Source: Trypethelium eluteriae (Eukaryota). From it: a DNA stretch of 39,586 nt. The DNA lies in NCBI GenBank assembly GCA_051942245.1, contig JAVECL010000176.1, forward strand, positions 1 through 39,586, written 5' to 3'. Below, piece after piece: positions 23,401 through 35,063 of the stretch. Each line of letters opens with the position of its first letter. Position 1 is the first letter of the stretch. Both the position numbers and the translations under genes were made by a program. Under the pieces are notes generated by a model. It worked only from the letters and a program-made list of their open reading frames with translations, did no database searches and had not been told where the DNA came from.

Positions 23401-26400
23401 GAAGAGCTAGCTGTCTTTCTGAATGTGGACCAGGAGGACAGTGAGTTACAAAGAAAGGACTGGAACGATATCATGCCCGTCGTGTTACGTCTACTGTACG
23501 GTCGCATCATCTCCAAAACCGGATCTGGATCAAGTGGCAATCAACAAGCGAAGAGAAAGTCTGTCTTTGGTGCCCTAGCCCGCTTTGGTCCGAACGAGAT
23601 CACTCAATTCCTGGAAATTGCTCTACATCCAATTCATGATCTAGCATTTGTGCGAGAAGGGCACTTTCAGGACGAGCTGTTAGATCGAGATTTGTTATCG
23701 CAAAGAAGACAATTAGGTTTACTGAACTTGGTTGAGGATTTCATGAAGGATTTCGGCTTCGGTCTCCCGCCATTTGCGTCTCAGATTGTAGACGCCGTTC
23801 TGTATTGTACCGTCCAAGCGTCTAGAGGAGTGCTTCGAGCTTCAACTTCCTCCGACAAAGAGCAAACAGCTGATGAACTGACAAATTTTTCCGAAAACGT
23901 TTCCCCACGGACCGTCAGACAAGTTGGGATTCGATGTCTTAATTTGCTGTTCGAATACTGTTCAGCTGTGGGTTGGGAACCGTATGTTGCCGTAATTTTT
24001 CGCGAACTCGTCAATCCTCGGCTGGATAAGCTCTCTATCGAGTCCGCACAGTCGGTCTCTGGACTATTCCGGATGTTCTCTATCTGGAGTGGGGCCCTGG
24101 AATATGCTCCATTTCTGATACGGTACAACGCCCAACTCGTCAAGGAAGTGTCTCAGGTTCTTGATGCCCCATTCGCAAAGGATGAAGTCAAAATTTTCGT
24201 AATCACAGACATCTTTGCTAAGTTGGTTGCCCTGACCAATGCCGACGTTTCGGCGACTCCATCCTTGCATATTCAACAGCAGCTTGTTAGAGGAGAGATC
24301 TTAGAGCCAAATGCAGAGATCTTCCTTACGCGTCTTGCGCACGTCCTCGAAGGTAGTCCGAGTAAGGATCTTCTGGACGCTGCCGTGCAGGCTGTGTCGA
24401 GGCTGGCACCGTTTGTGACAGGCTCCTCGAATTCGCGCACCTTGGTGCAAATCTCAGTGTTTCTCTTGCAGCAACCATCGCAGCGAGTACGGCCGCACAT
24501 TAAAAGCGGCGTTCTGGAGATTCTGGACCAGTTCGTGGCTCTGGTCCATGTCAGCAAGGACGACGCTCTTTTTATCTCGGTCTACGAAACACTGGCATCA
24601 TTTTTTGGATTTTTCAAAGACAGGGTTGGTCAAACGCCTAGCCGACCACTTCTGTGCAATATCTTTGGCCGACTGGCGCAGATTGACCATGAGCTCGACG
24701 CAGTGGCTGAGTTATGCTACGATCTCAACGCCATGTCAACTACGAGACTCGATGAACCAGACTTCGAGCGACGCTCACAGGCTTTCAGTATTATCACGCA
24801 GGATAAATTCCAGCAATTCACTGCGCACCAGTGGCAGCCACTTGTATACAACATGCTTTTCTTCATCAAAGACGAAGATGACGCCGCAACACGAAAAAAT
24901 GCCTCTTATGGGCTTCGTCGCTTTGTAGAGGGTGCTGCAAATGCTAATCCAGATGGTGTGCTCACTGGAAAAATTGAGACTCTGATATCTGCCGTGCTAT
25001 TGCCTGCGATCTTCATCGGCGTTCGTGATGCACCAGAGCTTGTTCGAACCGAGTATCTCTCCGTTCTTGTCACCTTAATACGACGATTCCCTCGCTGGGA
25101 ATTGATTAGCGACATGCAAAATTTGTTGATGGGCGATGACGAGGAAGCCTCATTCTTTACCAACGTACTTCACATTCAACAGCACCGACGTTTGAGAGCA
25201 TTGCGACGTCTTGGATCTGAAGCAAAATCCGATCATTTACAGAGCAAGAACGTCAGCAAGTTCTTCATTCCTTTGATAGAACACTTCATCTTCGACAAAG
25301 CAGAAAACGAAAGCGCCCATAATCTTACGGCCGAGGCAATTAATGCGGTGAAGGCGTTGGTCGCTCGTCTGGAATGGTCTCAGTATCGAGCAATAGTCCA
25401 GCGATATCTTGGTTATCTCACCAGCAGGCCGGAAGAGATGCAGAAGATTGTCATTCGGTTACTCGGTGCGGTTATTGATACTATCGATTCCTCGAGTTCA
25501 AAGACCTCGTCAACTGCCATCCAAGAGTTTATAGTCGGCAAAATTGTACCACCTCTTACTGAATATCTTCACCACAAGGATGAGTCCAACGTCAGTCTCC
25601 GTGTTCCTGTCGCGGTGACGGTAGTCAAGTCACTGAAGTGTCTCCCCTCGGAAGGACTGTCGTCGCGATTGCCACCTGTCTTAATGGATACGTGTCACAT
25701 CCTGCGTAGCAGAGATCAAGGCTCGAGGGACATGACAAGAAAAGCGCTCGCAGAGATCTCAACTCTTCTGGGCCCGCCTTACTTCAAGTTCGTTCTTGTG
25801 GAACTTCAAAGTGCACTAAAACGAGGCTACCAACTGCACGTCTTGTCTTTCACGGTACACTCTATCCTTGTGGAAGCAATACCCTGCTTCAAGCCTGGTG
25901 ACTTAGACTACTGTGTCTCAAATATCGTCACTGTGATAATGGATGACATATTTGGTGTCACTGGGCAAGAAAAGGACGCCGAAGAATATACTAGCAGAAT
26001 GAAGGAAGTGAAAAGCAGCAAAAGTTTCGATTCTATGGAAATGATCGCCAAGGTCACCACCACAGATCATCTATCGAAGCTAATCCAGCCCCTTCAGGCT
26101 TTGCTGCTTGAGAAGTTGGATGGTAAAATGGTCAGGAAGATTGATGAGCTGCTTCGCCGCATTGGCTTAGGGGTGTCTCAGAATGAAGCTGTCGGGAATC
26201 GTGACGTTCTCGTCTTCTGCTACGAAATCATCCAAGAAGTCTATAAGTTTCAGAGCAACCCACATTCACTACAGCAAGCAGGCGGATATAAGACAACACG
26301 TTATCTCAACAACATGAATGGCTCGGCTAAGTCTGGCAACCGAGGTAACACGTCTTCGTATGCCTTCAAGCTTCTCCGATTCTCCCTCGATCTTTTACGC

Positions 26401-28362
26401 TCGGTTTTGCGAAAGCACGAGGAGCTGAAAACTCCTGCTAATTTGTCTGGCTTTATGCCAATACTTGGTGATGCCTTAGTTGGAGGCCAAGAAGAGACCC
26501 AAACATCGGCTCTTCGGTTGCTTTCGTCGATCATTAAGGTACCCTTGCCAGACATCGCGAACAATGCTTTGATGTATGCCTCTGAGGCAGTTCGCATCAT
26601 TAGGCAATCGCCATCCACCAATACCGAGATCTCGCAGGCAGCGCTGCAGTTGATTTCGGCCATCCTCCGGGAACGTAAAAATACGGCCGTGAAGGAGAGA
26701 GATTTGGCGTATCTACTGGAAGCTCTGCTGCCGGACCTCCAGGAACCCAATCGTCAGGGCGTTACTTTCAACTTCCTTCGTGCCTTTCTCGGGCGCAACA
26801 TTATAATTACCGAGGTTTACAAAATTATGGATGAGGTCCGTGCGATCATGGTAAAAAGCCATATGCTAGCGATCCGGGACAGTGCGAGAGGAGCCTACAT
26901 TCAATTTCTCATGGAGTATCCACAAGGGAAGAAGGGCTTCAAGAAGCAGCTTCAATTTCTTTGTCATAATCTCGAATTCGAGTATGCAGAAGGACGACAA
27001 TCAGTCATGGATACGATGCTTATGCTGCTTTCGAAAACAGGGGAAAACCCTACCCAAGACATCATCGGTCTATTCTTCCCATTCTTAGTGGTCCGACTAA
27101 ACGACGAGGAGGACAAAAACTGCCAAAAGACGCTGGAAGCTCTTCTAAAGAAGGTCTTTGAGCGAGCGGATGCAACTAATCTTGACACTTTTGTGAAGAG
27201 GATCAAGTCTCACTTGGAGCAAGACGAGGTTTTAGGACTCAAGACAGCAGCAATACGGATTTGGGTCTTATATCTAGACGAAAAACGAGGGTCTGCCAAG
27301 GATGTGGAATATTTCCAGAATCAAATCGGAACCATCATCACCGATGCCCCAGGCCAACTTGAGCAGCCTACGACTGAGACTGTCTTACCCTCCGCACTGG
27401 CATCAACGCTTCAGCTTTTCAACGTCTTCCCGACTTCTATGCTCTCCGACGATTATGAAGCCATGTGGGGTTCAATCATTTCCCTGACTTCCGCTCCGAC
27501 TATTGATATCCAGCTGCTTGCAGTACAGCTTCTTGGGCTACTATTCAGCGACTTCGCCAGGTGGAACGAACATGATGGCCTAGGACAGGTCCCACTTACC
27601 GGGTCTGGCGGTATTCAGCTGGATGGCGAAGGTCTCCGACAGCTCACGTATCAGAGCTTACGTACCATGCGAACTACAGCTTCGCATTCAGAGGTGTTGA
27701 TGGATCAGGTTGTCTCCAACTTGGTCTTCCTTGGACGATGCTTCGGTGCAAATGGCCTTCCCTGGAGATCACAAAAGACAGCCGACGCTGATTCTTCTGA
27801 TGCGGGCGAAGTCAGTGATGTCGAGGTATTTGATCAGAGACTCCCCCAGAAGCAGCAACGGACTACAATCCACTGGCTCCTTAACCGCCTGTCGCACATC
27901 ATTCGCCAGAATGAAGCTCTTGGCAGCACACCGGCTCCCAAACTTCCTTCGCTCAACTTGCTGGGTTCCTTCCTCAACCACTTATCATCCGATACTATTA
28001 CAAGCAACCTTCTAGTCATTCTCTCACCTCTCAACCATTACACCGATCCCCGCATCACTCATGCCGATTCGTCGTACACAACAGCACTCCGTGATCGTGC
28101 AGGTGAGTTGCTGAACAAGGTGCAGGACAAAGTGGGCGAAGCCGCCTACATCCGTGCCATTGAGGAAGTTAAAGGGGAGGTGAGGGAAAAGCGAGAGGTG
28201 AGGGGAAAGAAAAGAGTTCTTGATAAGGTCACCGAGGACGGCATTAAGAGGTCAGAAGCCGCCAAGAAGAGAAGAATGGTGGGGAGGAAGGTAAGAGAGA
28301 AGGAGATGAGGAAAGTGAGAGGGGTGGTCTATCAGGGGGCTACGAAGCGGCAGTATGGGTGA
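20478..28362 (+). CDS. UTP20: U3 snoRNA-associated protein 20 (SSU processome HEAT/DRIM protein); exons 20478-21847, 21897-28362
   Basis: N-terminal HHFESFTQRIAKLSI and LCESLPQILHHQ; DRIM-region LDEPDFERR and NVLHIQQHRRLRAL; LKRGYQLHVLSFTVH and KEVKSSKSFDS. A single 49-nt intron at 21848-21896 joins the two ORFs into about 2600 aa. Confidence 0.95.
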
Positions 28363-29153
28363 TTCAGGTACATCTTGGCTCAGTAACCCAAGATTTGATA
28401 GGTGAACCCCTTAGCTGTGCAAGATGAAAGACATGAAATTTGATAGCTATCAATCAACTCTTGATTGAAATTGTGTGCACCTGTCATGAATCTGGAAGCC
28501 TTGCTCGGTGCTCGCATTGCGAGAGTTAGAATAGATAGGACTAGACGATCAATCCACTGATTCTTCAAAAATAATACCTAGCATTGATGTACGATTCTTC
28601 AACTCGTAGTTGGAAAGGCTTCTTGAGGAGAGGGTTGGCTGATATTAATAATGGCTCTGCCCTGTTTCGGTGTGCGGGTTGTCCGCTTTTGCAATGGCTT
28701 CTGCACGAAGTGGTGGTCGCAGGAACGATATTCGCTACATTTGGTGATAGTAAAAGAAGAAGCATTGAACTTACGCTTCTGGAACGTGATTGAGCTTTCC
28801 CTCGGAGTAAGTTAGTGACGATCTTGTGAAATTGGGTAGAAGTTAATATCTGCCTACTTGAATCTATCACTATTAGAAGAGCTGAATTTTGACTTGGAGG
28901 GTCCTCCAAAAATCTGAATATACACATGGTCATCCCGAATTCTCTGACGAAGCCATGGAAGCTCGGCAGAAGAGTAGAGTTCCTGTACAATGTGTGCTAG
29001 AGACTGCCTGTGTTGCCTCCCTATAATACATACACTCTCCCTCTTTCACATGTTCTCGTCTTAGCTTCCTGATCGCTTTAGAGTCCATGGTATCTTGCAA
29101 ATCCAAACGCCCTAGTTGTAGCAAAGATTTCCCAACCCTATATGATAGGTCTA

Positions 29154-30064
29154 TCATTTCACGTAACCCTGTGCCACTGCCTCCTCTTCCCTCCGCTTTA
29201 TTCCCGCTGCCCGCTCTAGCTCTTTCCTCCTCTCCGCATCATCGTCCCAAAACTCGACATCACTATCGTCACTAATCGATCCACGTCTCACTAGCTCGCC
29301 CTTCTGCTTCATTAAGTCCTCAATCGTCACCGAGCCATCCGAGAAAATCTGCAACGCATTCTCCGTTAGCACGCTCCCAGAAAGGTGTCACTCAGCACAG
29401 TCAGGGTCCTATTGAGGCAACTCACTCTCAAATGATCACTAATTAAATGCCGCCCCCCACATCCAGGACACTTGATTAGCACCGTCCCATGATGATAGCC
29501 TTGTTTGCTCACCCGATGCCAGGCACGATGCCCGCACTCATAGTCCCTCGGCTTGCACGTGAACGCGAGCGCGTATGCTGGCTCATCGGGTCTGGCGCTG
29601 GGCGTCGGGTCGGGAATACCGCTGGGTTCTGTGACCCACGATGGCTTGCTGGAGGGATGTGTGGCCTCCCAGCGTGGAGGTAAAGGTGGACGAGAGACTG
29701 GAACAGGACCGGCGTGTGAGGTGGGTGCTGCTGAGCGCGAGTTTAAGGGTTGATAGTCTGAGTATTGGGAGGTTTCTGAGTTGAATGGTTCGGAAGTTGC
29801 AGAAGGGCCCGGAGCATCGGAGTCGATGGGGCGGTGGACCTTGGGTTCTGATGAGGAGTCGCAAGGGTTAGAGGAGTTGTAGCGAATGGAGCTTCGCTTG
29901 GAAGTTGAGGGTATAGCGCGGACTCGAGAGGTCAGTAGGCTCGGATGACGCGAGTGGTCGAGATGTAGGTTGCGAGCGGAGGTCCTTGCGGAGGTCACAG
30001 ATTTGATAGGGGAGCTCTTGCAGCACCTGGAGATGAGCTGAGTTGTTGGACGAAGGGTCTGCAT
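29154..30064 (-). CDS. ZIM17: Mitochondrial DNL-type zinc-finger protein (Zim17/Tim15/Hep1); exons 30064-29426, 29348-29154
   Basis: R/S-rich presequence, then PAYALAFTCK...HRVSKQGYHHGTVLIKCPGCGGRHLISDHLR|IFSDGSVTIEDLMKQKGE across intron 29349-29425. Confidence 0.88.
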
Positions 30065-30209
30065 GTTGCAAACAAGAAATGATGGTAGAAACAACAAAGA
30101 AAGCTAGACGCGGAATGGAGAAGAGCGCAATGAGCGATGAACAAAAAATGTCGCAGCGATGACAAAAGCGGCTCTGCTCCGGATTCAGGGTCTGGGGTCG
30201 GAAGGCACC

Positions 30210-30236
30210 GTTCTACGTTCTACGTTCTACCGTTCT
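30210..30236. repeat. Short tandem repeat (GTTCTAC)x3 plus a partial copy
   Basis: GTTCTAC GTTCTAC GTTCTAC C GTTCT read directly in the ZIM17/CUL3 intergenic region. Confidence 0.85.
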
Positions 30237-30248
30237 TTGTTCCGCCGA

Positions 30249-30268
30249 GCTTAGGTACGTACCTAAGC
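30249..30268. repeat. Perfect 20-bp palindrome GCTTAGGTACGTACCTAAGC
   Basis: The sequence equals its own reverse complement over 20 nt; the flanking bases (A/A) do not extend it. Confidence 0.9.
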
Positions 30269-30567
30269 ACTCTCGAAGGTACTGGTCACTAGTCACTCAT
30301 CACGTTCTTTGCCTAGCAACCTGGTCATTCAATACACATTTTCTCTTCGTTAGTTATGTTCCTGCGGTCGGGAGAACTTTTACTTGCCCTCCTCTAGCTT
30401 CGCACTCTCCGAACGTCTGGTCTGTGACATCTCGTTTGAGTGTGGGGCATCTCGATACATCTGAGCTCTACTTTGTTTACAACTTGTCTTGCCTTCGAAT
30501 GCAGCTCTCGTTGGTTTGACTACGTCCTCACAAAGTACTCTGAGTGAGTCTCCAGCCAGCCGTCGTA

Positions 30568-33378
30568 ATGCTGGCAAGGGGAGGGCGGGGGAAAATAAGA
30601 GCACCGCGACGCGTGAGTATTCACACGCATCAGGATATCCGAATACACACACTCTCCCCTTTTCTCCTCACGAAGCTCGCCTATTCCTTCTGTTCCCCAT
30701 TATGCCCGCAATCAAGTTTTCCTACAGCTGCAAGGATACGCTGGTGACATGACACTGATTATGTATTCCATACTGCAGGGCATCAACGGCGATGAGCTCG
30801 ATTTTGACGCCACTTGGGCCATCCTTGCGGCATCTTTTCGAGAAATCCACACCAAGAATGCGTCGAAACTTTCCTTTGAAGAACTCTACCGAAATGCGTA
30901 CAAGATAGTCCTCCGGAAGCGGGGCGAGAGCCTTTACGAAAAAGTGAAAGACTTCGAGCGTGATTGGCTGAGCAACGAGGTCCTACAACGTCTCGAGACG
31001 CTTCTTTCCTCAGCCCTACTGCCCCACTCAGATGGTGATGTTGGGAGCAGCACTACAAACGAGAGAAGGGTTGCGGGGGAGAAATTCCTCCGAGGCTTGA
31101 AGGAAGCCTGGATAGACCAACAGACATGCATGAGCATGTTAACGGATGTGCTGATGTATATGGTAAGTGTTCATCAAACTCTCCCACAGGGTTTAGCTCA
31201 TTCAAATCGAGGATCGTGTCTATTGCCTCGATCAGCGCCATCCTTCTATTTATGCCTCCGCCATGATGCTCTTCCGCGACTCCGTCCTCCAGTCACAAGT
31301 AGACCCTCTTGATGATTCCCTCACAATGCTTGGCATTCTCAACCGGGTTGTCTTGGACCAAGTATATATGGACCGTGCTGGGGATATCATTGACAAACAC
31401 CTTATCAAATCATGCGTGTACATGCTGGAGGCTCTTTACGAAACACCCAACGAGAACGAGGAGGAAAAGCTCTACATTACTTCCTTTGAGCGTGATTTTC
31501 TTGACGCCAGTCGAGACTTCTACAAAAAAGAAGGCGACCAATTACTTCGAGAGTCGGATGCCGGTACTTATTGCAAACATGTGAGGAGACGGATTGGAGA
31601 GGAGCAAGATCGTTGTCGATCAACACTATCTGAGAGCACGCAACCCAAGATTGAGGCTGTGGTACTGGATGAGCTTGTTAGACATAAGATCAAAGACGTC
31701 GTAGAAATGGACAGCGGGGTCAAGTTCATGATTGACAACGATCGGATAGAAGAGTTGGGTCTTGTATTTGACCTTAACCAGCGAATAGACCAGCATAAGG
31801 CCGAGCTGACCCGCGCCATCCAAAAGCGCATGATCGAGATGGGTAGCGATGTCAATAATGCCGCTATTGCTGCTTCGCAAGCTCAACCAACAAAAGAAAC
31901 AGAGGCTAAGGATGAACACAAAGAGGAAGCTGGTGGAGACAAGACTAAACAGACTGGCGAGCGTGTAGCTAATCAACAGACGCTTGCTGCTTTGAAATGG
32001 GTGGAAGACGTTCTCGCTCTCAAGGACAAATTCGATAAAATACACCGAGATTCCTTTGGCTCTGACCAGACACTCCAAACCGCGCTCACTCGTTCCTGCT
32101 CCGACTTCATAAATGCCTTTCCCCGCTCGTCGGAGTACATCTCTCTTTTCATTGATGAAAATATGAAAAAGGGACTCAAGGGCAAGACGGAACAAGAAGT
32201 CGACATCGTGCTAGATAAGGCTATCACTCTCCTACGCTACATCCAGGACAAGGATATGTTCGAGCGATATTACAAGAAACATCTCTGCCGTAGGTTGCTC
32301 ATGGCTAAGAGTGTCAGCACAGATGTTGAGAAACAAATGATTAGTCGCATGAAGATTGAACTGGGAAATAACTTTACGCTGAAGCTAGAGGCCATGTTCA
32401 AAGACATGCAGCTCTCTGAAGACCTTACATCTGGATACAGGCAGTATGTCCAACGCCTTGGTGATCCCGACCCGAAAAGAATAGATCTGGATATAAAGGT
32501 TCTGACCAGCATGACATGGCCATTGGAATCCATAGGTGGAGGCTCGGGTGGAGACGAGGGTCAACAGCGTGCTCGATCAACCTACCCTCCTCTTCTTGAG
32601 CGCATCAAGAAAGGGTTCGAGCAATACTATGCGGACAAGCACTCCGGACGTGTGCTTACATGGCACGCTAATCTTGGCTCTGCAGATCTGCGCGCCACGT
32701 TCCCTAAAGTCCCAGGTGCAAAGGAGGGGAGCAGTCTTACCAAGGAGCGTAAGCACGAAATCAATGTCTCAACTTATGCCATGATCATCCTTTTGCTATT
32801 CAATGATTTACCGCCTGGCGAAACTCTCACCACGGAGGAAATCCAAGCCAGGACGAATATTCCAATCTCTGACTTGTCTCGAAATCTGCAATCCCTAGCG
32901 GTTGCACCGAAGACACGCCTGCTGACCAAAGAGCCAATGAGCAAGGACATCAAACTGACGGACCATTTTAGCTTCAACGACAATTTCCAGAGCAAGTTTT
33001 TGAAGCTCAAAGTCGGCGTCGTGTCACAGGGCAATAAAGTAGAGGGAGACCGGGAGAGGCAGGAGACTGAGAAGAAAAACAATGACAGTCGCGGCTTCAA
33101 CATCGAAGCAGCAGTGGTGCGGATAATGAAGTATGTTGGATCTCAATCCTCATCCCGTGCCGTGGTCTCCGAACTTATAGATGCGATACTAACAAATTCG
33201 TAGACAACGGAAAGAACTCTCACATCAACAACTCATAACAGAGACGCTCTCCCAGCTCGCTACGCAGTTCAAGCCGGACGTCAATATGATCAAAAAGCGT
33301 ATCGAGTCCCTCATCGAACGGGAATACCTCGAACGAATTGAAGATGCAGCGACTCCGTCGTATCGGTACCTTGCTTAG
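30568..33378 (+). CDS. CUL3: Cullin-3; exons 30568-30612, 30779-31162, 31212-33130, 33204-33378
   Basis: GKIRAPRR|..IHTKNASKLSFEELYRNAYKIVL, DVLMYM|DRVY, SSEYISLFID, DKDMFERYYKKHL, neddylation motif IEAAVVRIMK|QRK and terminal IKKRIESLIEREYLER..YRYLA*. Confidence 0.95.
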
Positions 33379-33982
33379 TTGATGTTCGCACGATCATGAT
33401 GCACAGGCATGGCACATACGAGCCCTCAAGCACAAAATCCCTATGATATACGCGTTGAAGCCTAAAATAAATGGCATACATGCATGGCCTATCTAGCAAG
33501 ATGGCGGATTTGACGGTTCTGGCGTATGACAAGGGCATTTTCCGGACGGATTGCGGCGTCTGATTTGTAGGCTTCGGTGGTATGGCTCGGGGCTTCTTAT
33601 AGGTTTTGCGGGAATGGGAATGAATCGGGATGGCAGGTGCATGATGAGATGAAACTATTTCGGAGGTAATACCTCGTCCACGACTAGTTAGACCTAAGCT
33701 CGGCTCCAATGAAGAATGGTCTACTTGTGTGAGCTCTCGCGTACGCGACTCGCCTTACCCAACTAACTCGTCATGGCCAGAGTGTGAAATGGAGTGAGGC
33801 ACAGCGAATCCCTCGCTGCCTAGATCTGGTTCCACAGCCGACATGGAATGCTATGTGCTGCAGTGCGACGTGTCGACCAACGTCCTGTAGATTTCGCTAT
33901 GACTCATTGGACGACGCTGTCTTCCTAAATCCTACAGTATTGATCTCACGATCTTTCATCCTCTTCTGTGAGTCTTCCCAAC

Positions 33983-34753
33983 ATGGCAGCTTCATGCCTC
34001 GAGGAGTGCCCCAACGAGATTTTGGGCCAGATATTTAAGACTTTACCAGATTTTCAAACTCTGAAAGCTCTTGTACTGACAAGACCGGCCTTTTACAGCT
34101 TATTCATTAGTGACAGCGCACGCGTTATCGGCCTGGTCGTGGCTAATGAAGTCTCGGTCGAGTTGCTTCCTGAAGCCATAGCGGTGCTATACACCTCACA
34201 GATAGACAACAAGACTACCGTGCTACCTGCGAGTTTTTCGACTCGTTTCACGACGATCGTCAGAGCCTTCTCGATCGCAAGTGGACGGCTCGAGATGGTG
34301 CAAGCATTCACAAGATCCACATCACCTGCATCAATTTCGCCGGCAAATTCGCGTCAGAGGCCCTCAGTGGCTATCCTTTGACACCTGAGAGATCTCAGGA
34401 AAAGCCAGCATCTGAGAGAGAGTTGCTGCAGATTGTGCGCATTTTCTATCGAACCGAACTCCAGTGCAATATCTTTCGCTTACATCCGCTGCGATACGAT
34501 TACAATCCGCACTCATATCATCGGGACCAGCAAAAGATGTTTTGGGACAGGTACGCGCCGTGGGAGAACGAGCAGCTCGAGTGTGTCCTGCATTGATCTC
34601 GATTCGAAAGTCCACGAAGTCTCCCACTCATTTCTCCTATTAGTTGCCTATTTTGCTCTTGAAGATGTGAAATTTGCTCTCCCATATTGGCTGCCATTGA
34701 TTTCTCTGGGCTCTGAAAGAAGGTCGTCGCCCATAGATGTACCTCCGTATTGA
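33983..34753 (+). pseudogene. Disrupted fungal hypothetical gene with an F-box-like N-terminus and a PWENEQLxCV motif
   Basis: Frame A reads MAASCLEECPNEILGQIFKTLPDFQTLKALVLT..ELLPEAIAVL. It shifts near 34175-34250, with no usable intron, into frame B (SERELLQIVRIFYRTELQCNIF..FWDRYAPWENEQLECV), which stops at 34594-34596. A third frame continues to 34753. Confidence 0.6.
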
Positions 34754-35063
34754 TACTGTGCAAGCTAGAAGCCGGTCATATGCAGATTTGGAATGCACAT
34801 CCTTATGACCGAAGAAGCAATATTTCACCACAATTCCTCGAGAGAACTCCGAAGGCTGGACAAAGCGGTCATCGAAGTCGGGTGGCGTAGCATCCGAAAA
34901 TCACGTGACGACTGTTTACATCTTTCCCAATTCGGTTGCGACCACAACTCTTGTTTCCGCTCTTGTACATTCGCATGCGTCACATCCAGCATTAAATGCC
35001 GGAGCGATTTTCTTGTCTCTCAGAGTACATCTGACATGACATCCTGATTTCTCACGTATCAAT

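Noticed and set aside
28565..28990. 141-aa minus-strand ORF between UTP20 and ZIM17
   Set aside because: It lies in convergent 3' UTR space with no recognisable motif or coding-like composition.
30613..30778. Stwintron or nested intron in the longer introns (CUL3 intron 1, also DRN1 and DOPA intron 1)
   Set aside because: I found no internal AG followed by sequence that rebuilds a split donor or acceptor.
33131..33203. ORF-track C-terminus of CUL3 (YVGSQSS...LTNS*)
   Set aside because: This is a canonical intron (GTATGT..CTAAC..TAG); splicing restores the conserved cullin C-terminus.
34900..34908. ATCACGTGA E-box (Cbf1/CDEI-like) upstream of BUB1
   Set aside because: A single short motif with no AT-rich CDEII or CDEIII, and not distinguishable from chance without conservation data.
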